Shown: positions 20,046 to 28,735 of the stretch, piece after piece
Layout of the letters: every line of letters starts with the position of its first letter
Position numbering within the stretch: position 1 is the first letter of the stretch
Source of the DNA: Aliivibrio fischeri ES114
GTDB taxonomy: Bacteria > Pseudomonadota > Gammaproteobacteria > Enterobacterales > Vibrionaceae
DNA length: 32,000 bases
Strand: one strand, 5' to 3'
Assembly: GCF_000011805.1 (NCBI RefSeq)
Contig: NC_006841.2
The notes under the pieces: model-generated
Databases searched by the model: none
Told to the model about the DNA's origin: nothing
The model's input: the letters and a program-made list of their open reading frames with translations, nothing else
Position numbers and translations under genes: made by a program

Positions 20046-21212
20046 CTAAAACATAGGGTAATGAATGGGAGAGTAACCTTGCTTCATTGCATCTACCATT
20101 TTGAGCATTGTTGGTAAGGCGTGTTTAAAAAAAAGTTCATAACCTTCACACAGAACATTATGGTTTTCACCATTATTGATTTTATCTACTCTGTTTTTAG
20201 GACATCCACCATTACACAAGGGTTTAAAATCACAACGAAAGCATTTTTGATTCAGTGAATCGTGTTTATTTTGCCCAAATAGCATTTGCTCTGGTGAGTT
20301 AGCCATCTGTGCTAAAGAGGCATTATTATCATTGATATTGCCTATTTTATAGTTGTTATAGGCGTAATGGTCACAACTAAAAACGTCACCGTTAGATTCT
20401 ATCATTAATTGTTGACCGCAAGTTTCTGCATGGTGGCACATTTGGCTTTGATGACCCATTAAGATCATTAAGCAGTTTTCAAAGAATTGAACATAAATCT
20501 TACCAATATCGTTAGCTGCCCATTCATCAAAAACATTGCATAAGAATTCTCCCCATTGTTTACCAGTCAAAGTCCAATCGTAATCAAAGCGACGATCCAT
20601 TTCATGGTCAATACATGGCTGAAATTGCAGATAAGTGCTGCCATTCTCTTTTAAAAATCGATAAATAGCTTTGCCATGCTTATAGCTTTTATTATTGATA
20701 ACCGTGAGTGTATTAAATTCAACGTTCTGTTGTTTTAAGTGCTGTATGCCACGCATGGTTCGTTCAAAAGAGGAGTTACCCGCTTTATCAATTCGAGCAA
20801 TATCATTAATCAGTTGTGGCCCATCGATACTGATCCCTACCATAAAATTATGTTGGGCAAAGAAAGCTGCCCAACGTTCATTAATTAGGGTGCCATTGGT
20901 TTGAATTGTATTTTGGATTGGAGTTGTCGATTGATGTGCTTGTTGAAGTTCTATTGCGGTTTGATAAAAAGCTAACCCTTTCATCATTGGCTCTCCACCA
21001 TGCCAAATAAAATCAATAACAGGTATTTGTGGTGGTTGAGATTGAATATGATTAGAAACCAGTTTATCTAGTGTTTCTGCATCCATTCCTGGTTTGCTTT
21101 TGTCTTCATTTTTCAGGTAATAACAGTAATGACAATCTAGGTTGCATCTCGCACTTTCAGCTTTAATAAATAAACTATATGGTGTTGATGTAGCTGCTAA
21201 CTGTTCTGTCAT
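20046..21212 (-). CDS. Anaerobic sulfatase-maturating enzyme-like radical SAM/SPASM protein
   Basis: 388 aa; CNLDCHYCYYLK radical SAM motif; SPASM-type cysteines (CHHAETCGQQLMIESNGDVFSCDHY...CFRCDFKPLCNGGCPKNR). Confidence 0.92.
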   Translation of the reverse strand: MTEQLAATSTPYSLFIKAESARCNLDCHYCYYLKNEDKSKPGMDAETLDKLVSNHIQSQPPQIPVIDFIWHGGEPMMKGLAFYQTAIELQQAHQSTTPIQNTIQTNGTLINERWAAFFAQHNFMVGISIDGPQLINDIARIDKAGNSSFERTMRGIQHLKQQNVEFNTLTVINNKSYKHGKAIYRFLKENGSTYLQFQPCIDHEMDRRFDYDWTLTGKQWGEFLCNVFDEWAANDIGKIYVQFFENCLMILMGHQSQMCHHAETCGQQLMIESNGDVFSCDHYAYNNYKIGNINDNNASLAQMANSPEQMLFGQNKHDSLNQKCFRCDFKPLCNGGCPKNRVDKINNGENHNVLCEGYELFFKHALPTMLKMVDAMKQGYSPIHYPMF

Positions 21213-21373
21213 TATTGTTCCTCATTAAATGATCATTGCTGACACTTATTAATTTAATGAATTCCTCTTATATAGTCGAATTGCATTTTTTAATAGAGGA
21301 TATTCATTCTTTCAATTGTTCTTCTTTATTGTGAGTCGATAGTCTAAAAGTGTATTTCTTAATAGAGGTTTGA

Positions 21374-22774
21374 ATGATGCAAAAAGCATTGATGACTACG
21401 CTTATTGCGAGCAGTATTTTAAGTAGCACTTGCGTGTTCGCAGCTCAATTAACACCGGTGAATCCCCAAGAAGAGTTAGCTTATAATTTAGGACTTCAAG
21501 CCTTTATTTATGGAGCGGGGCCTTTAACTGTTGCTCAGGTAAGGACCGCTTCAACCAATGTTGATGCCCCTATGGATAATGGAGCAGCACCATTAAATAT
21601 GATGGGGAAAACACTTAAGTTAGCTGGACCAGAAGATAGAGTTGTTCCAACGGTTAATAACGACACTTTATATTCCCAATCTCATATTAACTTAAATGAT
21701 ACTGGCCCATTAGTTATTGAAATTCCGCCAACAAATAATCGTTATTTTATTGTGCAATTGCTTGATGATTATTCAGAGGCTGTTGGTAATTTAATTGAAG
21801 ATAATGTTGGTCAAGATGGTGGCAAATACTTATTAGTTAATAAAGGCTGGAAAGGCGTAGAAGGGGGTATTCCTGACGGTATTGATGGCGTTATTGAATC
21901 GAGAACACCACTAGTTTGGTATATTCAACGTACTGGTGTTTCGGGAGATAAAGATCTAGCGGCAGCATTAAAAATACATGATGGTTTTATTAATTACCCG
22001 TTATCAGAACTTGGTAAAAGTCATAAACCAGTACAATTAACTCATGCCAAAACAGGTATTTCTCCAGTTCCTCAACCAAAAGGTTTAGGGTGGTTTAGTT
22101 TGATTGATAAAGAGCTGCGCAATAATCCAATCGCATCAGATGCGTCAGTTGTCGATCAATTTAAATATATTGGTATTGGAGGGGATGAACCGTTTAATCC
22201 TGATAACTTAACAGAAGATCAGAAAAAAGGATTGATGCGAGCACTTAATGCTGCCCCACAAATTATTCAATATGCCAGTCGTGATTTAGGAACGAAAAAT
22301 AACGGCTGGGCAATGATGTACGAGGGAGGACGTTACGGTAATGACTTCTTGAGCCGTGCTAGCATAAATTTTCGAGCTGCAGGTTTAAATACAAAAGAAC
22401 GAGCTTTATATCCAAATCGCTATACGGATTCGGATGATCAGCAGTTATCGGGTAAAAATAAATACCGCATGACCATGCCTGCAGATGCTCCAGCTAAGGC
22501 TTTTTGGTCTTTAACTATGTATGATGCGAAAAATCTGTTTATGGTCCCAAACAGTATTGACCGTTATTCAATATCAACAAATCGAGAAGATGAGCTTATT
22601 TATAATAAAGATGGTTCATTAACGGTATGTATTCAGAATACTAAACCTACAGATACCAACTGCAATTGGCTTCCTGCACCAAAGGATGATTTTTATTTAC
22701 ATATGCGCTTGTACGAGCCAACTCAAGCTGTGTTAGATAATACTTACAATCTTCCGCAGGTGAATAAGCAATAA
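21374..22774 (+). CDS. DUF1254/DUF1214 domain secreted protein
   Basis: 466 aa with signal peptide; YNLGLQAFIYGAGPLTVAQVR, VVPTVNNDTLYSQSHINL (DUF1254-like); YRMTMPADAPAKAFWSLTMYDAKNLFMVPNSIDRYSI (DUF1214-like). Confidence 0.88.
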   Translation: MMQKALMTTLIASSILSSTCVFAAQLTPVNPQEELAYNLGLQAFIYGAGPLTVAQVRTASTNVDAPMDNGAAPLNMMGKTLKLAGPEDRVVPTVNNDTLYSQSHINLNDTGPLVIEIPPTNNRYFIVQLLDDYSEAVGNLIEDNVGQDGGKYLLVNKGWKGVEGGIPDGIDGVIESRTPLVWYIQRTGVSGDKDLAAALKIHDGFINYPLSELGKSHKPVQLTHAKTGISPVPQPKGLGWFSLIDKELRNNPIASDASVVDQFKYIGIGGDEPFNPDNLTEDQKKGLMRALNAAPQIIQYASRDLGTKNNGWAMMYEGGRYGNDFLSRASINFRAAGLNTKERALYPNRYTDSDDQQLSGKNKYRMTMPADAPAKAFWSLTMYDAKNLFMVPNSIDRYSISTNREDELIYNKDGSLTVCIQNTKPTDTNCNWLPAPKDDFYLHMRLYEPTQAVLDNTYNLPQVNKQ

Positions 22775-22843
22775 CATAAGGTGAGTTTGTTAAATAAAAC
22801 GTATTAACTAAATTAATAAAAAAACAGTAAACCATAAGTTTAT

Positions 22844-22860
22844 CTTCAGCGAATCTTAAG
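22844..22860 (+). promoter_or_regulatory. Candidate PmrA-like response-regulator site upstream of the eptA-like gene
   Basis: CTTCAG-N5-CTTAAG direct repeat, close to the YTTAAK-N5-YTTAAK pattern, 43 bp upstream of the start codon. Confidence 0.35.
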
Positions 22861-22902
22861 TTTGATATGTGACACTTGTCTCATTGTTAAGGTGCTGAAG
22901 GT

Positions 22903-24531
22903 ATGCTTGTTTTGTCTACTCTGATTTCAAAAATTAAAAACCATAAAATATCGATGAATATGGTGTCACTTATCACGATAGTTTCACTTTATTTTGCTGT
23001 TGCTTTTAACTATCCAATCAATGAAAAAATTTATCAACTCTCACAAGGACAAGAGATTTTTCTCTTTTTAACGCCAGCACTGCTTACATGTGCTTTTATT
23101 ATTATCTTCTCCTTTATTGCTTTTCCTTATGTGTTTAAAGGTATTGTCGTTGTATTGACCATAACGTCTGCTATGGCTTTTTATGCGGCTCTTCAATATA
23201 ACACCATGTTTGATTACGCAATGATAGAAAACATTTTTGAAACTAATGTAGATGAAGCTTCGTCGTATTTGAGCTCGGCATCCATTGGTTACTTAATTGT
23301 GTTTGGACTTATTCCATCGATTTTATTATTGAAAGTGAATATTGTGCGTCATGCCTCTTGGTTAAAAGAGCTTTTTCATCGTGCGATACTAATGAGTGTC
23401 GCGATTGTTGGTTTACTTTTAATCTCAGTTTTTTATTTTAAAGATTACGCATCGATTGGTCGTAATAATTCCTATTTAAATAAAATGATTAACCCTGCTG
23501 ATGCATTTAATACTGTTAAATACATTAAAAATGAATATCTGACTGCACCTTTAGAGTACATCACGATTGGAGAAGATGCCGTTGTTACTCCTGCTAAAAA
23601 TGGCAAACCAACGTTAATGGTTATTTTAGTTGGTGAAACGGCTCGTGCACAGAACAGTGCTTATAATGGTTATGAAAGAGAAACAAACCCATATACAAAA
23701 GATCTTGGGTTAATTACTTTTCAGAATGTGACTTCTTGTGGAACCGCAACGGCACACTCTTTACCTTGTATGTTCTCTAATATGACACGAACTAGTTACA
23801 ATAAAGATCGTGCTAATAATCAAGATAATGCATTAGATGTATTAACCCATGCTGGTGTGAAAGCGGTATGGATTGATAACGATGGTGGCGATAAGGCAGT
23901 AGCAAAAAATATCGAGAAAGAGATGATTACGGATCATTCAGAATCTAACTTATGTAATGGTTCGAGCTGCTATGATGAAATTTTATTAAAAGGGTTGGAT
24001 AAACGAATTGCGGAGACACAAGGTAACCAAGTGTATGCTCTGCATATGATCGGAAGTCATGGTCCTACCTATTGGAAGCGTTATCCAAAAGAGATGGCGG
24101 TGTTTGGTCCTGCATGTAACCGCAGCGATATTGAGAATTGCAGTGATGCGGAAATAACGAATGTATATGATAATACTTTGGTTTATACCGATTATGTTAT
24201 TGCTCAAACGGTTAAAAAATTACAAAGCTATTCAGATAAATACAATGTAGTTATGCTTTATATTTCTGACCATGGTGAGTCATTAGGAGAGAATGGACTT
24301 TACCTTCATGGCGCACCTTATATGATGGCACCTAAAGAGCAAACTCATGTGCCATGGTATATCTGGATGAGTGATGATTATGCAAATCAAAAAGGCATTG
24401 ATAAAGCAGCGGTAATCGATAATTCTGCAACGGGTGATTATTCACACGATAATTTATTCCATACTATTTTGGGCTTATATGGCGTAACAACAAAAGCCAA
24501 AGATAATGCGTTAGATATTATGGCGAATTAA
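22903..24531 (+). CDS. eptA: Phosphoethanolamine-lipid A transferase-like protein (EptA family)
   Basis: 542 aa; N-terminal TM helices; LVGETARAQNSAYNGYERETNP, nucleophile region SCGTATAHSLPCMFS, ISDHGESLGENGLYLHGAPYMMAPKEQTHVPWY. Confidence 0.92.
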   Translation: MLVLSTLISKIKNHKISMNMVSLITIVSLYFAVAFNYPINEKIYQLSQGQEIFLFLTPALLTCAFIIIFSFIAFPYVFKGIVVVLTITSAMAFYAALQYNTMFDYAMIENIFETNVDEASSYLSSASIGYLIVFGLIPSILLLKVNIVRHASWLKELFHRAILMSVAIVGLLLISVFYFKDYASIGRNNSYLNKMINPADAFNTVKYIKNEYLTAPLEYITIGEDAVVTPAKNGKPTLMVILVGETARAQNSAYNGYERETNPYTKDLGLITFQNVTSCGTATAHSLPCMFSNMTRTSYNKDRANNQDNALDVLTHAGVKAVWIDNDGGDKAVAKNIEKEMITDHSESNLCNGSSCYDEILLKGLDKRIAETQGNQVYALHMIGSHGPTYWKRYPKEMAVFGPACNRSDIENCSDAEITNVYDNTLVYTDYVIAQTVKKLQSYSDKYNVVMLYISDHGESLGENGLYLHGAPYMMAPKEQTHVPWYIWMSDDYANQKGIDKAAVIDNSATGDYSHDNLFHTILGLYGVTTKAKDNALDIMAN

Positions 24532-24557
24532 TTAAAACCGGCTTACATAGAAGAGAA

Positions 24558-24592
24558 ATAGGCTAATCATGAGAATGGTTAGCCTATTTTTG
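24558..24592 (+). terminator. Intrinsic terminator between the eptA-like gene and the response regulator gene
   Basis: 9-bp stem ATAGGCTAA (24558-24566) / TTAGCCTAT (24579-24587), then T-tract. Confidence 0.75.
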
Positions 24593-24630
24593 TTATTATC
24601 TGATTATAAAAATATAAGGTGATAAGAACG

Positions 24631-25317
24631 ATGAAGATATTGTTGATTGAAGACTCAGAACATTTACGCCGAAGTCTGATCGTCGGATTAAGTAATTTAG
24701 GTTTTACTGTTGATGAAACGGGCGATGGATCTAAAGGATTATCAATGGCGATCACTAACGATTATGACTTTATTATCTTAGATCTTATGTTACCCAATGT
24801 GGATGGTATTACGCTTTTAAAAAGCATTCGTAAAATGGGTAATGATGTCAAAGTGATCATCTTATCTGCAAAGTCACAGCCAGAAGACCGTGTTGAAGGC
24901 TTGATGTCTGGGGCGGACGATTATCTTGTAAAACCTTTCTCTTTTGATGAACTTCATGCTCGAATACTAACGGTAGGAAGAAGAGGGCAGGTGAAAAATA
25001 ACGATGATGATATAAATATTGGTTTATTTAAGCTTGATCTTGCAAAGAAAACCTTGGAATTTGATACTAAGTTCATTGATTTAACGAAAAACGAATACAA
25101 AATTATTGAATGTCTGTTCTTATCAAAAAATCAGGTAATGACCACTGAAAACATCAGTGATTACGTCGTCGGTTCGTTTGATTCTTTATCAAAAAATACC
25201 ATTGAATCGCATTTGTCTTCTGTTCGTAAAAAAGTAAAAGCCCTAGGTGGAGAGCTACCAGTTAAGAATAAAAGAGGATTTGGTTATTACGTGGAAAAAG
25301 ACGCATGTACTCAATAA
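24631..25317 (+). CDS. OmpR/PhoB-family response regulator (track start GTG 24619; ATG 24631 preferred)
   Basis: REC domain (LLIEDSEHLRRSL, DFIILDLMLPNVDG, VIILSAKS, YLVKPFSFDEL) plus C-terminal winged helix; AAGGTG about 9 nt upstream of ATG. Confidence 0.92.
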   Translation: MKILLIEDSEHLRRSLIVGLSNLGFTVDETGDGSKGLSMAITNDYDFIILDLMLPNVDGITLLKSIRKMGNDVKVIILSAKSQPEDRVEGLMSGADDYLVKPFSFDELHARILTVGRRGQVKNNDDDINIGLFKLDLAKKTLEFDTKFIDLTKNEYKIIECLFLSKNQVMTTENISDYVVGSFDSLSKNTIESHLSSVRKKVKALGGELPVKNKRGFGYYVEKDACTQ

Positions 25318-26729
25318 AGGATCGATTAGTTAACGCCTTAACCGTGATCATTGGCATTATTTTGCTAGTGGTGTTTTTGTCATTAGATTTTATTTTGGAT
25401 GCATGGGTTGATCAGCAATTTGATGATGCTTTAGTTGAGAAATCAAATTATTTTAAATCCTTAGTGGAAGTCGAAAGTGATGGTATTGAGTTTGAATATC
25501 ATAACGGGTTTATGCCTCAATTTGAGCGTAAAGAAAATGCACAATACTTTCAGATTTGGCTAGATGAACAAACTTTTGCGAAATCTCAGTCTCTGTCTTA
25601 TTACGAAAATATTGACCTTGATTATCGTGATGTAGCGACACATGACAGTCGTATCTTTACGATAAAATTACCTGATGGCAGTATGGGAAAGGCCATCTCT
25701 TCACGCTTTCAGCCTCAATTATCACATGATGTGAAACCTGAAGATGTAACCTATATTGGTTCAATGTATTTAACACTTGCGATTTCAAATCAGCGTGTAT
25801 CAAATATATTATTATTTGCTGATTTGGGACTTTTGTTTGTATTTATTACAGCTATTTTTGGTGTCAGAACCGTGGTAACAAAAGTGGTGGATAGAGAATT
25901 AGACTCGCTTTATATACTCAATAAAGAGATATCAGAGTTGGATGTGAATGCTGAGCAGATAAAAGAAAACCCAAAAGAGAGTAAAGAAATCGCACCTATT
26001 CGCAAAGAGTTAAATAGGTATATTGAATTAAACATTCAAAACGTAGCTAATGAAAAACGTCTTTCGTCTGATATCGCTCACGAACTTAAAACACCGATTG
26101 CAGAGATAATTAGTCTTAGTGAAATGAATATTCGCTTTCCTGATGACGTAAGAATTTCAGCAACTTATAAAGAAGATGTGTTATCTATTGCAAATAATAT
26201 GAAGAACATCGTGAATCAGTTGATGGCGTTAAATCAAAGTTCTTCTAGTCATTATCATATTGAAAAAAGTGACGTTGATATACGAGATCTTGCTAAAGAA
26301 ATAAGTATCGATTTGGAATTTAAATACCCAGATGCAGAAAAGCGTTTAACGTTTATTTCGACATTGTCTTCACCTGTCATTTATGTTGATCGTTTTAGCC
26401 TAGAAACTGTCGTTAAAAACTTATTAGATAATGCCTTATTTTATAGTAAAGAAGGTTCTGAAATTGTGGCTTCAATTGATAATTACGATGTAGCTCATTT
26501 TGTACTAAAAGTGCAAAATAGAACGTTAACAAAACTAACTACAGAGCATCTTGAAAACCTGTTTAAGCCTCTTTACCAAGTAGATAAATCAAGAACGCAT
26601 ACAGGGAGACATGGGTTAGGATTGTCGATAGTGAAGAATATTGCTCATGTAAATAATTATGAATTATCTGTTGATTATACAGATGAGCAAATGATTACAT
26701 TTAATGTCATCATCCCAAAAGAGCAATAA
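25305..26729 (+). CDS. Sensor histidine kinase paired with the upstream response regulator
   Basis: 474 aa; two TM segments; H-box SDIAHELKTPIAEI; N-box ETVVKNLLDNALFYS; HGLGLSIVKNI; overlaps the response regulator gene by 13 bp. Confidence 0.92.
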   Translation: MYSIKDRLVNALTVIIGIILLVVFLSLDFILDAWVDQQFDDALVEKSNYFKSLVEVESDGIEFEYHNGFMPQFERKENAQYFQIWLDEQTFAKSQSLSYYENIDLDYRDVATHDSRIFTIKLPDGSMGKAISSRFQPQLSHDVKPEDVTYIGSMYLTLAISNQRVSNILLFADLGLLFVFITAIFGVRTVVTKVVDRELDSLYILNKEISELDVNAEQIKENPKESKEIAPIRKELNRYIELNIQNVANEKRLSSDIAHELKTPIAEIISLSEMNIRFPDDVRISATYKEDVLSIANNMKNIVNQLMALNQSSSSHYHIEKSDVDIRDLAKEISIDLEFKYPDAEKRLTFISTLSSPVIYVDRFSLETVVKNLLDNALFYSKEGSEIVASIDNYDVAHFVLKVQNRTLTKLTTEHLENLFKPLYQVDKSRTHTGRHGLGLSIVKNIAHVNNYELSVDYTDEQMITFNVIIPKEQ

Positions 26730-26744
26730 GTTAAAATGAAATAT

Positions 26745-26773
26745 AAAAGAGGAGCGATGAACGCTCCTCTTTT
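26745..26773. terminator. Bidirectional terminator between convergent kinase and sulfatase genes
   Basis: Perfect 12-bp stem AAAAGAGGAGCG (26745-26756) / CGCTCCTCTTTT (26762-26773). Confidence 0.85.
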
Positions 26774-26798
26774 ATATTGATTGGCTAGAGTATCAAAT

Positions 26799-28337
26799 TT
26801 ATTTCACAGAATTATCAGACATTCCAATACCACCTGATTTTTGGCGTGGTGGGAAAACTTTCAATGATTTTTTATATTCACCAATCTTTTTCTGTAGTGT
26901 AGGGACTATCCAGGAGCGTTCTTTCATCCATAAGAACCAACCATTAGTATCAACGCTTCGCTCCCATGGATCCGCTTTGATATCTAGGATAATACCAAGA
27001 GGCCATGCTTTTGCTGGTTCAGTCCATTCTGTTTTAGTTTTTAAATGCACTTTCCAATTGTCTACGCGGATAGCATTCAAATCTTGTTCATTGTAATAGA
27101 AGAATTCATGACGCTTGCTTGGGCCTTTTTTAGTTAGCATGTCCATCTGGTTATAGCCATCTAAATGAGCCTTGTATTTTGTTCCATTAATTTCTTTGCC
27201 TTTTAGTAGCTCTTGCTTAATTTTGGTATCACCAGTTGCAGCAGCCATTAAGGTTGGAACCCAATCTTCTGATGTCATAAATCCATCGGTATATTCGCCT
27301 TCAGGTATATGTCCAGGCCAGCTGATCAGCATAGGCACTCGGAATGCTCCATCCCACGTTGTTCCTTTTTGACTACGGAAAGCGGCAGTACCAGCCATTG
27401 GCCAGTGATCAAGGTTAATACCGTTATCAGACGTAAACATGATGATGGTGTTGTCTGTTTCACCTAGAGCATCTAATTTATTTAGTAATACACCTATTTG
27501 GTCATCTAACTCTTTTAACGCATCAAAATATTCGGTGTGACCACTGACTCCTAAATATTCATCTTTTACGTGTATTTGTTGATGCATACGAGATGGATTA
27601 AACCACAAGAAAAAAGGCTTATTTGGTGTTTGCGCTTCATGCTTTTCTAGCCATTGCGTTGTGAACTCAACGTATTCATCATCAATGGTTTTCATTCGCT
27701 CAGAGCCAAGAGGCCCTTTATCTTCGATGCGCTGTTTACCAATTTCCCCCCAACGTGGTTGTACGGTTTTGTCGTAACTCTCTGTGGCGAAGCTGTGAAG
27801 CATATTTCGCGGACGGCCAATAAAGTCAGGGTCTTTGGGGAAATTAGGTTGCTCTGGCATTTCCATTACATTTAAGTGATAAAGAAAACCATAAAATTCA
27901 TCAAAGCCATGAACCGTTGGTAAAAATTTATTGCGGTCGCCTAAATGGCTTTTCCCAACATGTATGGTGTCGTAACCTTTTGCTTTTAACATGTCAGCAA
28001 GAGTGGGGTCTTCTTTTTGTAAACCAATATTAGAGCCAGGTTGACCAACAGTTGTTAATCCAGTTCTAAATGGATATTGCCCTGTAATAAAGGCGCTTCG
28101 TCCTGCAGTAGAGCTTCCTTGTGCATAATAATCACTTACCATCATGCCTCGTTTAGCTATACGATCAATATTTGGCGTGTTAATTGCGCCTAACCCTCGA
28201 TGATAAGCTGAAATATCCATAGGGCTAACGTCATCAACCATTATGGTCACTATGTTCGGTTGAGTTTGTGCTGCATGAGTTCCAAATGAGGTAACGGCAA
28301 GAGCTAGTGCTGTTTTGGCTAACGTTTTTGTTTTCAT
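26799..28337 (-). CDS. Periplasmic sulfatase (arylsulfatase family), Ser-type formylglycine motif
   Basis: 512 aa with signal peptide; NIVTIMVDDVSPMD metal site; S-T-A-G-R motif (codons at 28112-28098) in GSSTAGRSAFITGQYPFRTGLTTVG; TIIMFTSDNGIN. Confidence 0.92.
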   Translation of the reverse strand: MKTKTLAKTALALAVTSFGTHAAQTQPNIVTIMVDDVSPMDISAYHRGLGAINTPNIDRIAKRGMMVSDYYAQGSSTAGRSAFITGQYPFRTGLTTVGQPGSNIGLQKEDPTLADMLKAKGYDTIHVGKSHLGDRNKFLPTVHGFDEFYGFLYHLNVMEMPEQPNFPKDPDFIGRPRNMLHSFATESYDKTVQPRWGEIGKQRIEDKGPLGSERMKTIDDEYVEFTTQWLEKHEAQTPNKPFFLWFNPSRMHQQIHVKDEYLGVSGHTEYFDALKELDDQIGVLLNKLDALGETDNTIIMFTSDNGINLDHWPMAGTAAFRSQKGTTWDGAFRVPMLISWPGHIPEGEYTDGFMTSEDWVPTLMAAATGDTKIKQELLKGKEINGTKYKAHLDGYNQMDMLTKKGPSKRHEFFYYNEQDLNAIRVDNWKVHLKTKTEWTEPAKAWPLGIILDIKADPWERSVDTNGWFLWMKERSWIVPTLQKKIGEYKKSLKVFPPRQKSGGIGMSDNSVK

Positions 28338-28383
28338 ATTTATTACCTTGCAGTAAAAATTTATTTATATGGTGTTGTTTAAT

Positions 28384-28623
28384 TTGTGGCTGAGACATAT
28401 CTGTATATTTTCGAACTATTTGTTCCATGCGAACTAAAGTCGAACCCCACAAATAAGCATTCGTCGCTAAAATATAACTTTCTTGATCAAGCCAGTTAGA
28501 CGCTTGGTTTTCTTGAATTTGTTCTGTTGGAGATAAAAGGGTATGAGTTTCTTTTGCATTAATGCTTAAAGAACTCATTAAAAGGGTGGAAATGATTGCG
28601 GTAGAAATACGTTTTTTAAACAT
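28384..28623 (-). pseudogene. Truncated N-terminal fragment of a DUF1254-family gene (ORF runs on to 28234, overlapping the sulfatase start)
   Basis: First ~80 codons look family-like (SYILATNAYLWGSTLVRMEQIVRKYTDMSQPQ) after a signal peptide; then unrelated residues and a stop. Full-length members are roughly 450-480 aa. Confidence 0.7.
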
Positions 28624-28686
28624 AAATAACTCCTTTATATAATTAAAGGGATCTTATGTTTTTTGGTTTGAAATTATCTCTATACT

Positions 28687-28713
28687 CTCTATTAAGAATA
28701 TTAATAGAGAGCT
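28687..28713. promoter_or_regulatory. Perfect inverted repeat, candidate operator upstream of the DUF1254 fragment/sulfatase unit
   Basis: CTCTCTATTAA (28687-28697) - gaata - TTAATAGAGAG (28703-28713); no T-tract. Confidence 0.5.
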
Positions 28714-28735
28714 GCTATTTCGTTATTAATAATAG

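Noticed and set aside
27172-27875. Plus-strand ORFs 27172..27372 and 27654..27875
   Set aside because: Antisense to the sulfatase gene, with no supporting signals.
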